This document shows, piece by piece, positions 10,800 to 20,861 of a stretch of 64,000 nucleotides of DNA (its first letter is position 1; every line of letters starts with the position of its first letter). Under the pieces are notes generated by a model. The model was not told where the DNA came from and did no database searches. It saw only the letters and a program-made list of their open reading frames with translations. This stretch comes from Candidatus Micrarchaeota archaeon (lineage in GTDB: Archaea; Micrarchaeota; Micrarchaeia; Norongarragalinales; Norongarragalinaceae), in the NCBI GenBank assembly GCA_016207165.1, contig JACQQD010000001.1, positions 1 to 64,000 of the forward strand. Direction: 5' to 3'. Made by a program: the position numbers and the translations under genes.

Positions 10800-11183
10800 T
10801 CACCCGTATTGCGGCGCCAACTGGATTTTCAGGCGGTGTTGGCGCTTGGCCGTAAACTCGTCGGAAAACGCGTTGAATCCGTTGGCGGAAACTTCGAAAC
10901 GATACGCCTGCATTTGGAGGTCGGTAAACACGACGACGCCGTCTTGGGTAACCCCCTGCGCCACGCGATGGCTTGACGAATCCAGGACCGAAACCGCGGC
11001 GCCGGAAAGCGGCTCGTTATCCGGTCCAACCACCAAAAACTCGACACGGGGATTGGACCAAAACAACACGAACGCGCCAGCGGCCAAAACCAGGAAAATG
11101 AAGACGATGACTTGGAACCGGAAGACCTTGGCTTCATCGAGGTGCTGGAAGAAGGAATCCGTTTTTCTCCAAAACCAAGACAT
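10800..11183 (-). CDS. membrane-anchored protein with carboxypeptidase-regulatory-like (CnaB-type) beta domain
   Basis: One TM helix, then EPLSGAAVSV...GVTQDGVVVFTDL...YRFEVSANGF. Confidence 0.75.
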   Translation of the reverse strand: MSWFWRKTDSFFQHLDEAKVFRFQVIVFIFLVLAAGAFVLFWSNPRVEFLVVGPDNEPLSGAAVSVLDSSSHRVAQGVTQDGVVVFTDLQMQAYRFEVSANGFNAFSDEFTAKRQHRLKIQLAPQYG

Positions 11184-11248
11184 GGCCCAAAGCCATTACA
11201 CCGACTGAACGCTTATTAGGTTTTCCCGACACCCAAACACCGGGCACC

Positions 11249-12451
11249 ATGGCACGCTTTGCGCATTTAGCGGACATCCACTTGGGCGCTTTCCGCGACG
11301 CGCGCCTACGCGAATTGAACCTGAGGGCCTTTGAAGCCGCGTTGGACTTGGCCTCCGAAGAAAACGTGGATTTTGCCATCATCGCCGGCGACTTGTTTCA
11401 TATCAACATCCCGGACCTGGCCGTCGTCGAGCGCGCGGTGCGCAAGATGCGCCAATTCGGCAAGCCCATTTACGCCGTGTACGGGTCCCACGATTTTTCG
11501 CCGACGCAAACTTCCATCATCGATATCCTGCATGAAGCCGGCGTATTGACGAAAGTAAGCGCCGGCGCGTACCAAGACGGCACGCTGACGTTGGACGTGG
11601 TGCAAGACGCCAAAACCGGCGTCAAGATCACCGGCATCTCGGCTCGGAAACTGGGTTTGGAGAAAACGTATTTCCAGGACCTGGATGGGGAAAGCCTGGA
11701 AAAAATTCCGGGCCAAAAAATATTCGTGTTTCACTGCGCAATCTCCGAACACAAGCCCGCTTCATTGCAACGCATGGACGCCGTGCCGCTGTCCCTGTTC
11801 CCGAAAGGGTTTGACTACTACGCCGGCGGCCACGTCCACGAGCGACTGCTTGTTGATTTTGGCTCTGGAAAACTGGCGTATCCGGGGCCCTTGTTTGCCG
11901 CGGACTTCCGCGACTTGGAAAGCCTATCCAAGCAAAACCACGGGTTTTACGTGGTGAAACTGGGGGGGCCGACGCGATTTGTTTGCGTGGACGTGGGCCG
12001 CGTGCACCACGAAACCGTTTCCGTGGACGGACTTACGGCCCAGGCCGCCCAAGAAAAGGCGATGGCGGCGGCCCAAAAAACTCCGGGCGCGGACGTGGCG
12101 CTCTTTGAAGTTAAAGGCACGCTGTCGCAGGGAAAACCCTCGGAAATCGCCTGGAACCAAGTCCGGGAAGCCCTGCAGAGGCAGAGCCCGATTGCCTACG
12201 TCAACAAACACCAACTCCAAGCGCGCGAACACCATGCCGTCCGCGTCCACGCACACGACCCCCAACGCATCGCCGAAAACGTGTTTCGCGAAAGCCTGGC
12301 GGACCGCGCCGTGGACGACGGGTGGAAAGGCGAATCCGGCGTGAAACGCTCGCTTCAGTTGCTGGACGCCCTCAAGCGCGAAAACCCGGGGGAGACCAAG
12401 GCGCGCTGGGAGGAAAAAATCGTGGATGACGCCGTCGGAGTGCTGGCATGA
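11249..12451 (+). CDS. mre11: Mre11 nuclease
   Basis: HLADIHLG, AGDLF, YGSHD, FHCAI and GGHVH phosphoesterase motifs; overlaps rad50. Confidence 0.95.
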   Translation: MARFAHLADIHLGAFRDARLRELNLRAFEAALDLASEENVDFAIIAGDLFHINIPDLAVVERAVRKMRQFGKPIYAVYGSHDFSPTQTSIIDILHEAGVLTKVSAGAYQDGTLTLDVVQDAKTGVKITGISARKLGLEKTYFQDLDGESLEKIPGQKIFVFHCAISEHKPASLQRMDAVPLSLFPKGFDYYAGGHVHERLLVDFGSGKLAYPGPLFAADFRDLESLSKQNHGFYVVKLGGPTRFVCVDVGRVHHETVSVDGLTAQAAQEKAMAAAQKTPGADVALFEVKGTLSQGKPSEIAWNQVREALQRQSPIAYVNKHQLQAREHHAVRVHAHDPQRIAENVFRESLADRAVDDGWKGESGVKRSLQLLDALKRENPGETKARWEEKIVDDAVGVLA

Positions 12452-14448
12452 AACTGGAGTCCCTGGAATTGGAAAACATCCGAAGCTACGCCCAAACCTC
12501 CATCGACTTTCAGGACGGCGTGACGCTGTTGGAAGGCGACGTGGGCTCCGGCAAGTCGACGGTGCTGTACGCCATCGAATTCGCGTTATTCGGCCTCGGC
12601 GACCTGAAGGCCGGCCACGTGCTGCGCCATGGCACCGACGTGGGATCCGTCGAACTTGCCTTGGACGTCAACGGGAAAAAAATCCGAATCCACCGGGCGC
12701 TGGAGAGAAAGAAAACCGCGAAACAACTGCCCGGCTGGATTGAGGAAGACGGCTTGCGCACCGAATACAGTCCCGAAGAACTCAAGGTCCAAGTGCTTAA
12801 ACTCTTGGAGTTCCGGGAAAACCCGTCCCCGAAAGCCACGTCCTGCATCTTCCGCTACGCCGTGTTCACGCCGCAAGAACAAATGAAGGAAATCCTGGGC
12901 CTCAAACCCGAGGAACGCCTGCAAACACTGCGGAAAGCGTTTGGAGTCGAAGAGTACAAGACGGCGCAAGAGCACACGGCGTTGGTCCAGCGCTTCTACC
13001 GCGAAAAAACCCGCGAACACCAAGGCGCGCTGTTGGACTTGCCGGAATGGCTGGACAAAAAAAACCGCCTCGAAGAAAAAAAACAGGGCCAAAAGCGCCA
13101 GACCGCGCAAACAAAAGACGCCCTCCTTCAAGCCGGACGCCGCCTCGAGGACGCCCAAAGAAAAATTGACGAATTAGAAAAGCAAGCCTTGGCTCTTGAA
13201 AAAGTCGGCGCCGAACTGCCGCTTTGGGAAAGCCGAATCCGAGACCTCGAAAACCAAATCCAAAACCTGGAAAGGCAAAAAAAAGAAAGCGAAAAACAGC
13301 GGCTGGAAATCGATCAAAAAATCGCTGAACTTGCCGGCCGCCTCCAGTCCATCCCGGAGAACGCCGCCCAAGAATTGGGCGAAGCCGAAAAAACGTTTTA
13401 CCGCATGCAAAGCGAATTGGGTGCCGCCCAACAAAAAGCCAAGGAATTTGCGCAACTGCAAAACGGCGCGTGCCCCACCTGCGGCCAGAAAATCCAGGGG
13501 TCGCTGGCGGAACGCGTGGCGCACGCGCAAGAGGAACTGCTCGCCAAGACCCGCCAATGCGAAGCGGCCAAAAACGCGTACCAGGAAGCCCGAAGACTCC
13601 GGGACGCATGGCTTGAACAAAAAAACGTCCAAGACCGACAGAACGACTTGGAAGCCCAACGCGAACGGCTGAGCCAACACGACTTGGAACCCGACATCCA
13701 GCGCCTCCAAAACCAGCGTCTGGAATGGCAAGCCCAACGAAACGCCAAAGCCCAGGACTTCGCCGCGTTTAGAGACGTCCAAAACCAGCGTGAGAACGCG
13801 CGAAAAGCCCGTGACGCCGAGCGCGAGGAAGAAAGCCGCCTCCAACAAATCCAGGCGCGCCTGGACGCGGAAGCCAGAAACCTGGAAGAGCAACTCGCCG
13901 AAGCGGAACGCGTCATCCACGAAAAAACGGCTACTCAAAAGGAATTGGAGGCCACAAAACGGAAAGCCGCGTGGCTGGAGGAACACTTCCAACCCGCGTT
14001 AAGCCAAATCGAACAGCACGTGCTGCGCCACATCAACGACGAATTCAATCATGCATTCCGAAAGCACCTGACCACCTTACTGGAGAGCCCGGACGTCGAT
14101 GCCGAGGTAGACGACGCGTTCACGCCCCAAATCCAGCAGCAAGGCTACGAACAAGATTGGACGGCCTTAAGCGGAGGCGAGAAAAGCGCGCTGGCTCTGG
14201 CGTACCGACTGGCGTTGAACCAACTTGTCCGCCAAACCACGCCATCACTTCAAAACAACTTGCTGATGTTGGACGAGCCCACCGACGGCTTCTCCAAAGA
14301 ACAACTCTCCCGCATGCGGGACACGCTTAACGCCGTCGGCGCCAAGCAAGTCATCTTGGTCTCCCATGAAAGAGAACTCGAGGCCTTCTGCGACCAAGTG
14401 TATTTGGTCCAAAAACAGGACGGCCGAAGCACAGTTAAAGCCCTGTAA
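12448..14448 (+). CDS. rad50: Rad50 ATPase
   Basis: Walker A GDVGSGKS, coiled coil with CPTCG zinc hook, LSGGE signature, LMLDEPTDG, LVSH. Confidence 0.95.
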   Translation: MKLESLELENIRSYAQTSIDFQDGVTLLEGDVGSGKSTVLYAIEFALFGLGDLKAGHVLRHGTDVGSVELALDVNGKKIRIHRALERKKTAKQLPGWIEEDGLRTEYSPEELKVQVLKLLEFRENPSPKATSCIFRYAVFTPQEQMKEILGLKPEERLQTLRKAFGVEEYKTAQEHTALVQRFYREKTREHQGALLDLPEWLDKKNRLEEKKQGQKRQTAQTKDALLQAGRRLEDAQRKIDELEKQALALEKVGAELPLWESRIRDLENQIQNLERQKKESEKQRLEIDQKIAELAGRLQSIPENAAQELGEAEKTFYRMQSELGAAQQKAKEFAQLQNGACPTCGQKIQGSLAERVAHAQEELLAKTRQCEAAKNAYQEARRLRDAWLEQKNVQDRQNDLEAQRERLSQHDLEPDIQRLQNQRLEWQAQRNAKAQDFAAFRDVQNQRENARKARDAEREEESRLQQIQARLDAEARNLEEQLAEAERVIHEKTATQKELEATKRKAAWLEEHFQPALSQIEQHVLRHINDEFNHAFRKHLTTLLESPDVDAEVDDAFTPQIQQQGYEQDWTALSGGEKSALALAYRLALNQLVRQTTPSLQNNLLMLDEPTDGFSKEQLSRMRDTLNAVGAKQVILVSHERELEAFCDQVYLVQKQDGRSTVKAL

Positions 14449-14468
14449 CGACACCCCTAATCCATCTC

Positions 14469-15167
14469 GTGAACCTCCAAAAAACGTGGGCCGAACACCG
14501 ATCCACCCTCGCGTTTCTGGCGTTGGCAGCATTCTGGTTCATGTTCCGCGCCACCCTGAAAGCATGGGCATGCGAGACCACGCCGTGTTTTCTTGAACCC
14601 GCCGACTGGCCAATTCTCTTGGACCTCCAAAATCCCCTCGCGCTGTACGCCCTGATCTTTCTTTTGTTCGCCTTGCCGTTTGGCTGGTCATCCGTCTTGG
14701 GAACCCTGGTTGGAATTCAACTGGGACTGGAACACGAAATGAGCGTCACCGAACTTTCAGCGCTTTTTTTCCTGGCCACGGCCACCAGCACCGTGCTCAC
14801 GTGGAAAACCCTGGAACTCGTGCTGGACAAGCCCAATCCATGGATGAAAACGTGGACCCAACGCGTCAAAACCGTCTACCAACGGCTAACGAAAATCAAG
14901 AAAACCAGTTTCTGGATGCTCGCCGTGGGCAACGCGGCATCCAGCCAAATCTACATGACGGCCGCGGCCATTTTACTGAAAATACCGAAAACCACGGCGT
15001 ACCCCGCGTTGGTGTTTGGAAGCCTGGTTTCATTCGTGGTTCCGTTGGCGCTCTTGTTTTCCTCCAAAGCGCTCTCCGTCGACGGCATCACCGCCGCCCT
15101 ATTGGTGGCCGCTTTGTTCGCCGTCGCCCAAAAAATCTACGAAGCACGCAAGACGGCAAACCATTAA
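14469..15167 (+). CDS. hypothetical multi-pass membrane protein
   Basis: Several hydrophobic segments; fits between rad50 and nnr. Confidence 0.7.
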   Translation: MNLQKTWAEHRSTLAFLALAAFWFMFRATLKAWACETTPCFLEPADWPILLDLQNPLALYALIFLLFALPFGWSSVLGTLVGIQLGLEHEMSVTELSALFFLATATSTVLTWKTLELVLDKPNPWMKTWTQRVKTVYQRLTKIKKTSFWMLAVGNAASSQIYMTAAAILLKIPKTTAYPALVFGSLVSFVVPLALLFSSKALSVDGITAALLVAALFAVAQKIYEARKTANH

Positions 15168-15191
15168 ACCGTCAACAACGTAACCTCCTCC

Positions 15192-16571
15192 ATGGTTGAT
15201 TACGCCGAAACCTACCACGCCATGAAGGTGCTGGACGGAAACCTGGAATGGTTCGGCTACAGCGTCATGAAAGCCATGGAAAAAGCGGGACAAGGCATCG
15301 CCGACCACGTCACCAAGCGCTTCGGACGCCAGAACAAAATCGCGATTTTCGTCGGACCCGGAAACAAGGGAGGCGACGGCTTGGCGGCCGCGCGGTACCT
15401 GGCCCAAAAAAACGACGTGCACGTGTTCTTGGTGGCGGAACAAAAAACCCGGGAAAGCCAAACCAACCTCGAACGCATCCAAAAAAACAAGAAAATCAAA
15501 ATCCGGCACGTGAAAACCCAAAAGGACCTACCACTCCAAAACGTCTTTGACGTATACGTGGACGCCCTGGTGGGCTTGGGACTGGACGGCGAACTACGGC
15601 AACCCGTCCGCCGCGTGGTCACGTGGCTAAACCAGCAGCAAGGAAAAAAAGTGGCCGTGGACGTGCCCACCGGTCACGGCGGTGACACGGCGTTTAACGC
15701 CGACGTGGTGCTGTCCATGCACACGCCCAAAGTCAGCGGCGCCGTGGTGGTGGACATCGGCATCCCAAAAAAACTCGAAAACTACGTCGGACCCGGCCAA
15801 GTCAACGCCCTCACACTAAACCGTGGAGCGCACAAAGGCGAAAACGGCGTCATCACCGTCATCGGCGGTTCCAACCAGTACCACGGCGCGCCACGTTACG
15901 CGGTCGAAGCTGCCAAGTCCTTTTGCGACCTCGTCTATTTTTACACCCCCTCCAAAAAATCCATGTTTTTGGAAGGAATGAAAACCAAAAGCCGCGCGTT
16001 TTCCACCCTCAAAAAAAGCCAACTGCATACCGCCATCCAGAAAAGCGATTGCGTCCTAATGGGGCCCGGACTGGAGGAAAACGCGGCCAACAAAAAACTC
16101 GTCAACGGCATCCTCACTCGATTCCCGAAAAAGAAGTTCGTCCTGGACGCGGGCGCCATGATGATGGCCGACAAAAAACAATTCTCAAGCCGCGCGTGCC
16201 TCACCCCGCACGCCGGCGAGTTCAAACGGTGTTTTGGGTTGGAAGCCTCCGCTTCAAACGCCAAAGCCATGGCCAGAAAACACCAGTGCGTGGTGTTGCT
16301 CAAAGGGAAAGTGGACGTGATCACCGAGGGTTGGAAAACCTTCGAAAACGTCACTGGAAACGCCGGCATGACGCGGGGCGGCACCGGCGACGTCTTGGCG
16401 GGATTGGTCACGGCACTTTCCAGCCAGAACGACTTGTTTTTGTCTGCCCAGGCCGCCGCGTTTCTCAACGGCCTGGCCGGCGACTGGGTGGCCAGACGCC
16501 AACGCATGTTCTCCGCCGATGACGTGGCGCGGGCCTTGCCGGAAGCCTACGAAAAGGCACTGAAAAAGTAA
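15192..16571 (+). CDS. nnr: bifunctional NAD(P)H-hydrate epimerase/dehydratase
   Basis: GPGNKGGDG, DALVGLG, AVDVPTG, HKGENG, GPGL, LTPHAGEF, GGTGDVLAG. Confidence 0.95.
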   Translation: MVDYAETYHAMKVLDGNLEWFGYSVMKAMEKAGQGIADHVTKRFGRQNKIAIFVGPGNKGGDGLAAARYLAQKNDVHVFLVAEQKTRESQTNLERIQKNKKIKIRHVKTQKDLPLQNVFDVYVDALVGLGLDGELRQPVRRVVTWLNQQQGKKVAVDVPTGHGGDTAFNADVVLSMHTPKVSGAVVVDIGIPKKLENYVGPGQVNALTLNRGAHKGENGVITVIGGSNQYHGAPRYAVEAAKSFCDLVYFYTPSKKSMFLEGMKTKSRAFSTLKKSQLHTAIQKSDCVLMGPGLEENAANKKLVNGILTRFPKKKFVLDAGAMMMADKKQFSSRACLTPHAGEFKRCFGLEASASNAKAMARKHQCVVLLKGKVDVITEGWKTFENVTGNAGMTRGGTGDVLAGLVTALSSQNDLFLSAQAAAFLNGLAGDWVARRQRMFSADDVARALPEAYEKALKK

Positions 16572-16594
16572 GCCGGAGAACCGGAATCTTTAAA

Positions 16595-16618
16595 TAAGAT
16601 GAATCTTACTTTTAAGAT
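16595..16618. promoter_or_regulatory. overlapping TAAGAT/ATCTTA inverted repeats (putative AbrB operator)
   Basis: TAAGAT-GA-ATCTTA-CTTT-TAAGAT immediately after a TTTAAATA box and before the antitoxin start. Confidence 0.6.
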
Positions 16619-16626
16619 AGAGAAGC

Positions 16627-16887
16627 ATGGCATACGTTGACATGGGAACGGTAAGCGCCCGGGGACAGATTGCCATTCCACAAGCCATTCGGAAAAAAAT
16701 GGACATCAAGGACGGCGAAAAGGTGTTGATGATGCTTCAAGACCGAACCCTGGTGCTAAAGAAAGTCAGCGACGTGTCATGGGCGCAAATCACCGCCCCG
16801 CTGCGGAAGGCCAAGAAAAAAGTCAACGAAAATGAGGTGAACGCCCTCATCCACGGCCTCCGGAAAAATGAAACGAATCGTGCTTGA
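16627..16887 (+). CDS. AbrB/MazE/SpoVT-family antitoxin
   Basis: VSARGQIAIPQAIRKKMDIKDGEKV AbrB motif. Confidence 0.9.
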   Translation: MAYVDMGTVSARGQIAIPQAIRKKMDIKDGEKVLMMLQDRTLVLKKVSDVSWAQITAPLRKAKKKVNENEVNALIHGLRKNETNRA

Positions 16888-17294
16888 CACCAATGTCCTG
16901 GTTTCCGGGACATTTTGGACGGGAGACTCGTTCACTATACTGGAACTTGCCAGCCAAGGAAAATTAACGCTCGTTTTGTCGTCCGCCATTCTTTCGGAAT
17001 ACCAGAACGTCGTCGGACGAAGCGAGATTACCAAGAAAACTGGAATCCGGCACGCGCTGGCCCTTGAAGCGGTGCGCGCTAAACTGCTTCAAAACAGTGT
17101 GTGGGTCGAACCCGTGGAAAAATCGACAATGTACTGGAAGATCCAAAAGACCACAAGATACTGGATGCCGCCGTGGCCGGGAATGCCGACTGCATCGTCA
17201 GTCAGGACTGGCACCTCAGAAAACTGGAGTCGTACTGCGGCATCAAAATCTTGACGCCGCAAGCCCTTCTCAGAGAATACGAAAAAAAACGTGA
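16868..17294 (+). pseudogene. vapC: PIN-domain VapC toxin with frameshift
   Basis: IVLDTNVLVS... in one frame; the conserved EDPKDHKILDAAVAGNADCIVSQDWHL continues in another frame after the A5 run at 17118-17122. Confidence 0.8.
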
Positions 17295-17400
17295 GCGCCA
17301 AAAATACGTAATGGCGCCCACGTCTCTAGGGAATCAAGCGCACGTCCATGAAAACGACCGGGTTGCAAACCCTTTTAGGGACAAAAAACAAGTTTCGTTC

Positions 17401-17700
17401 ATGGCAGACCCAACGCCGGTGGTGGCGCAAGCCGTCGGGTTTCCCTTCGTCGGCATTCTCTTAGCCGTTGGCCTCATCATTTTGGCCATCATCGTCGTCA
17501 AACTCCTGAAGAACTTTTTGGCCAACTCCGTCATGGGCGTCATCGCGCTTTTGGTCATCAGTTACCTCGCTGACGTCACCGGATATGCCGGCATCAAGGT
17601 GCCGATTACCATCGTGACCGTCATCATTTCCGGGATTTTGGGCCTCGCCGGAGTCGGCCTCTTAATCGTGCTGAAACTCTTGGGCATCGTGATCCAGTGA
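17401..17700 (+). CDS. small membrane protein, BofA-like
   Basis: KNFLANSVMGVIALL...PITIVTVIISGILGLAGVGLLIVL resembles the BofA-like family; TTTTAG box upstream. Confidence 0.7.
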   Translation: MADPTPVVAQAVGFPFVGILLAVGLIILAIIVVKLLKNFLANSVMGVIALLVISYLADVTGYAGIKVPITIVTVIISGILGLAGVGLLIVLKLLGIVIQ

Positions 17701-17701
17701 C

Positions 17702-18217
17702 ATGGCCAGAAAACCGGTAATCATTCCCGTCATGCCTCGCGCTTACGCGTGCGCGGCTTTGGACCATGACCAGCTCAGCCACTACCAGATCGTGAAAGGC
17801 GCTGAAGGACACCCCCCCAACACCCACGATGTTTACTTTTTTTCCCACGCTAAAGGAACCGAAGAAGAACCGACGTACCGGGTTTACCGAGTGCGGGTCC
17901 GAGTCAACGCCGTGAAAGCCAAGGCAAACCCGGAGGGAATCGAAGTCAATCACGTTGGAAGCCCCCGGCTCCAAGTAAAGGGACAAGCCGGCGGAAAACC
18001 CACGCGCCAGGACGTGACGGTCTTTGAACACAGCGGGCACCCGTCGAATTTTGATCCTCAAAATGGAGAGGGCAAATCCGTGCGCCAACCCCAGGCTCGA
18101 ATCATCCTGGAAGCACTGGAAAACTACGTCGCGCCAACGAGAACCGATTGGAAGTACATCGGCATCGCCCGAAACCCAAAAAAAGGGGCAGGGAAAAAAG
18201 TGAAGGCCAACGAGTGA
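17702..18217 (+). CDS. hypothetical protein
   Basis: 171-aa ORF starting 1 bp after the previous stop; no family recognised. Confidence 0.6.
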   Translation: MARKPVIIPVMPRAYACAALDHDQLSHYQIVKGAEGHPPNTHDVYFFSHAKGTEEEPTYRVYRVRVRVNAVKAKANPEGIEVNHVGSPRLQVKGQAGGKPTRQDVTVFEHSGHPSNFDPQNGEGKSVRQPQARIILEALENYVAPTRTDWKYIGIARNPKKGAGKKVKANE

Positions 18218-18258
18218 ATGCGAACGCGTCCAAACCCTGAAAAAAAGGCCCGCGGATT

Positions 18259-19404
18259 CTAGGGCAACACGCGTCTGACGACGAGCTCTTTTTCTTTCGA
18301 GAAATCGTTGTATTTTGCGTATCCAACCACGCGCACGGGTTTGCCCGCCAAATAGTCGCGCTTCAACGGGAAAAGAACCGACAAGTCGGTGTCCGGCGTG
18401 GCGCCCAAAAACGCTTCGGCCGGCGAACCGAAAAGCACGGCCCGCATGGAACCGGAGTCGTCTTTGAATTCAAAGGACGCGAACGCCAAAGGGCCCTGGC
18501 CGTCTTTCGGTACGCGCTTGGCGTCAAACACAAAGCCCACCGTTCCTTCCACCACCGCCTCGCCGCCATCCAATTCCGCCAATTTCTTGCGCGGATAGGG
18601 CAGCGGCGCCTCCGGAAGGCCATGGTTTTTCGGGTTGACCAAAAGGCGGCCCGCCCAGTTCACGTGCAACTCGTTGTTGCGAAACGACGCGCCTTCAAGC
18701 ATTACGGCGTCGCCGACAGACAGGTTCTGTGCGGCGTGCGCGTTCCCATCCCAACACGCCACCCAAGCGGACCCGGAGTCGTCAGCCACCCGCATCTTCG
18801 TCAAAAACCCTTTTTTTCCGTTGCGGTCAAACTCCTTGAGGGGCAAGACTTCCGCGACCCGCGCCACCACGTCCTGCTCGGATCCCGTCGCGTCCCGGAC
18901 GCACGCCTGGGATGTGACGGCTTGCGGCAAACCGGTGCCATCCTCGTCCACCCACATTTCCGTGGAAAGACGGGCATGCAATTCCAAGGGGTCTTGCCCT
19001 TTCACGAAGGCGTCCTTGACGCACAACACGGCATGGCGCGAAACGTGGTTGAAAAAAGAGGCGTCCTGGTTCCACAACACCAATTCCCCTTGTCCCGATG
19101 CGTCGGCCACGCGCGCCTTGCAGAGCGTACCTGACCGCTCGGAAGTCTGGAAAGCCTTTGGAGCAAACACCTGCAGCACCCTCACCCGCACCGACGCGTT
19201 TTCGCCGGCTTTCGCCGAAGCGAGGGGCTCGGCGTGAAACACCGGCTTGTCCGCCTTCAAACCACACTCGTGCGCCAAAATGCGCAAGGCGCCTTCCTCG
19301 GTCAACAAACCCGAAAACGCATCCATTTTTTCCTGGACGCGGCGCGAAAGCTCGTCTTCGGAGAGGCGTTGCAAAAGTTGTCCGCGCATAAAACCCAAAG
19401 CCAC
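18259..19404 (-). CDS. rpa: multi-OB-fold replication protein A-like ssDNA-binding protein
   Basis: N-terminal GLLTEEGALRILA, then three OB folds with VADASG/VADDSG/KDDSG motifs and LVLWN/ACWD. Confidence 0.85.
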   Translation of the reverse strand: MALGFMRGQLLQRLSEDELSRRVQEKMDAFSGLLTEEGALRILAHECGLKADKPVFHAEPLASAKAGENASVRVRVLQVFAPKAFQTSERSGTLCKARVADASGQGELVLWNQDASFFNHVSRHAVLCVKDAFVKGQDPLELHARLSTEMWVDEDGTGLPQAVTSQACVRDATGSEQDVVARVAEVLPLKEFDRNGKKGFLTKMRVADDSGSAWVACWDGNAHAAQNLSVGDAVMLEGASFRNNELHVNWAGRLLVNPKNHGLPEAPLPYPRKKLAELDGGEAVVEGTVGFVFDAKRVPKDGQGPLAFASFEFKDDSGSMRAVLFGSPAEAFLGATPDTDLSVLFPLKRDYLAGKPVRVVGYAKYNDFSKEKELVVRRVLP

Positions 19405-19468
19405 GATCTTTTAAAGAAGGGGTGAAAACAATAGGTTCTTCATCCTTAAAATCATTCAGGGAAAAACC

Positions 19469-20230
19469 ATGAAATCCATTCTCGAGTATTACCAGGAGAA
19501 ACTCCGAGACGACGGGGCCCTTTTTTTCGCGTTAATTGACCCCGACAAGTTGTCCATGGAAAAAGGCGCCAAAGCCGCCAGAGACAGCCAAGACGCTGGC
19601 GCGGACGTCCTGTTGGTTGGCGGCTCCATTGGCGCGCAAGGAACGCTCTTGGACGACACCGTCAAACTCATCAAAGACGCCTCCGACTTGCCCGTGGTCC
19701 TGTACCCCGGAAGCCCGGCGGGCCTCACGCCGTATGCCGACGCCGTATACTTCATGCAAATGCTCAACTCGCGGGACGTCTACTGGCTGGCCGGCGCGCA
19801 AATCCAAGCCGCCACCGTCGTGGAACGCATGAAAATAGAGCCCATTGCCACCACGTACCTCGTCTTGGCTCCAGGCAAAGCCGTGGGGTGGATGGGCAAC
19901 GCCAACCTCATTCCCCAGGAACGCGGCGACTTGGCGTACGCGTGCGCCCTGGCGGCCAGGTACATGGGCTCCAAAGTCGTCATCACGGACTCCGGATCCG
20001 GCGCGCCCACCATTCCGCCGTCGGAGTTTTACGCTTCCGTGAAAAAAGCGTGCGGCCCCGACGTATTCTATTTTTACGGCGGCGGCGTGAGAACGCCGAA
20101 AGCCGCGGAACAAGTCATTTGGGGGGGAGCTGACGGCGTTCAAGTCGGCAACGCGTTTGAGGAATCCAACTTGGACCGCATGAAAAAACTCGTGGAAGCG
20201 GTCAAGAAAGCCGGAAAGAAGAAGATTTGA
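19469..20230 (+). CDS. geranylgeranylglyceryl phosphate (GGGP) synthase
   Basis: LIDPDK, LVGGS, LYPG, LNS, SGSGA, YGGGVR, VGN motifs. Confidence 0.93.
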   Translation: MKSILEYYQEKLRDDGALFFALIDPDKLSMEKGAKAARDSQDAGADVLLVGGSIGAQGTLLDDTVKLIKDASDLPVVLYPGSPAGLTPYADAVYFMQMLNSRDVYWLAGAQIQAATVVERMKIEPIATTYLVLAPGKAVGWMGNANLIPQERGDLAYACALAARYMGSKVVITDSGSGAPTIPPSEFYASVKKACGPDVFYFYGGGVRTPKAAEQVIWGGADGVQVGNAFEESNLDRMKKLVEAVKKAGKKKI

Positions 20231-20248
20231 AGTAAAAAAGGTGGAACC

Positions 20249-20467
20249 ATGAAATCGGAATTGCAAGGACTTCGCAGACTCCGGGAACGAATAAAAGCCC
20301 ACGGAGAAGCCGTTCAGGTGCAGACTCGATATTTAAGAGCCGCGATGGAACTTGGAGAAGAACGGGAAGGACTCCGGCAGTTGGGCGCGGACATCCGAAC
20401 GCATACAGAAGAAGTTAGAGCATTCACCAAGAAACTCCGGGACGCGTTGGGCGAAAAAGAGGGATAA
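20249..20467 (+). CDS. small coiled-coil hypothetical protein
   Basis: 72-aa ORF with AGGTGG RBS. Confidence 0.55.
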   Translation: MKSELQGLRRLRERIKAHGEAVQVQTRYLRAAMELGEEREGLRQLGADIRTHTEEVRAFTKKLRDALGEKEG

Positions 20468-20548
20468 GAAGCTATACGGCGAACCTGGAGAAACCCCAGA
20501 ACGGCTTCCTAGTCAAAAAAATCTGAAAAAAGAAAAAAAGAGGAGAAC

Positions 20549-20701
20549 CTAGTTGTTCTCCTTGAGTTCGGCAATGCGTTCCTTGACGCCTTGGGCTTCC
20601 TTTTCCAATTGCTCCTGGTACTCTTCCAAAAGCTCGATTTTCTCTTCCTTGGTCAGAAACCCGCGGGAACCGCATCCATACGAAGAACAGTTGTAACCCA
20701 T
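20549..20701 (-). CDS. 50-aa DUF5320-like coiled-coil microprotein
   Basis: Manual translation MGYNCSSYGCGSRGFLTKEEKIELLEEYQEQLEKEAQGVKERIAELKENN; AGGTGA RBS; below the ORF-track cutoff. Confidence 0.8.
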   Translation of the reverse strand: MGYNCSSYGCGSRGFLTKEEKIELLEEYQEQLEKEAQGVKERIAELKENN

Positions 20702-20800
20702 TTACTCCATCACCTTTTTTCAATTACTTTTTTGGCGGAATTTAACCGCAACAACCGGGACCCAACACGGAACTCACCTCAAATAAAGACGAACCCGAAT

Positions 20801-20856
20801 TATCGGGTATACGATAAATAGGGCCGGAAATATTTAAATGTATCGGACGCCCAATA
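20801..20856. promoter_or_regulatory. two TATCG-N6-C(G/A)ATA palindromes flanking a TATA box (putative PadR operators)
   Basis: TATCGggtataCGATA (20801-20816) and TATCGgacgccCAATA (20841-20856) either side of TATTTAAAT. Confidence 0.6.
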
Positions 20857-20861
20857 AAGTC

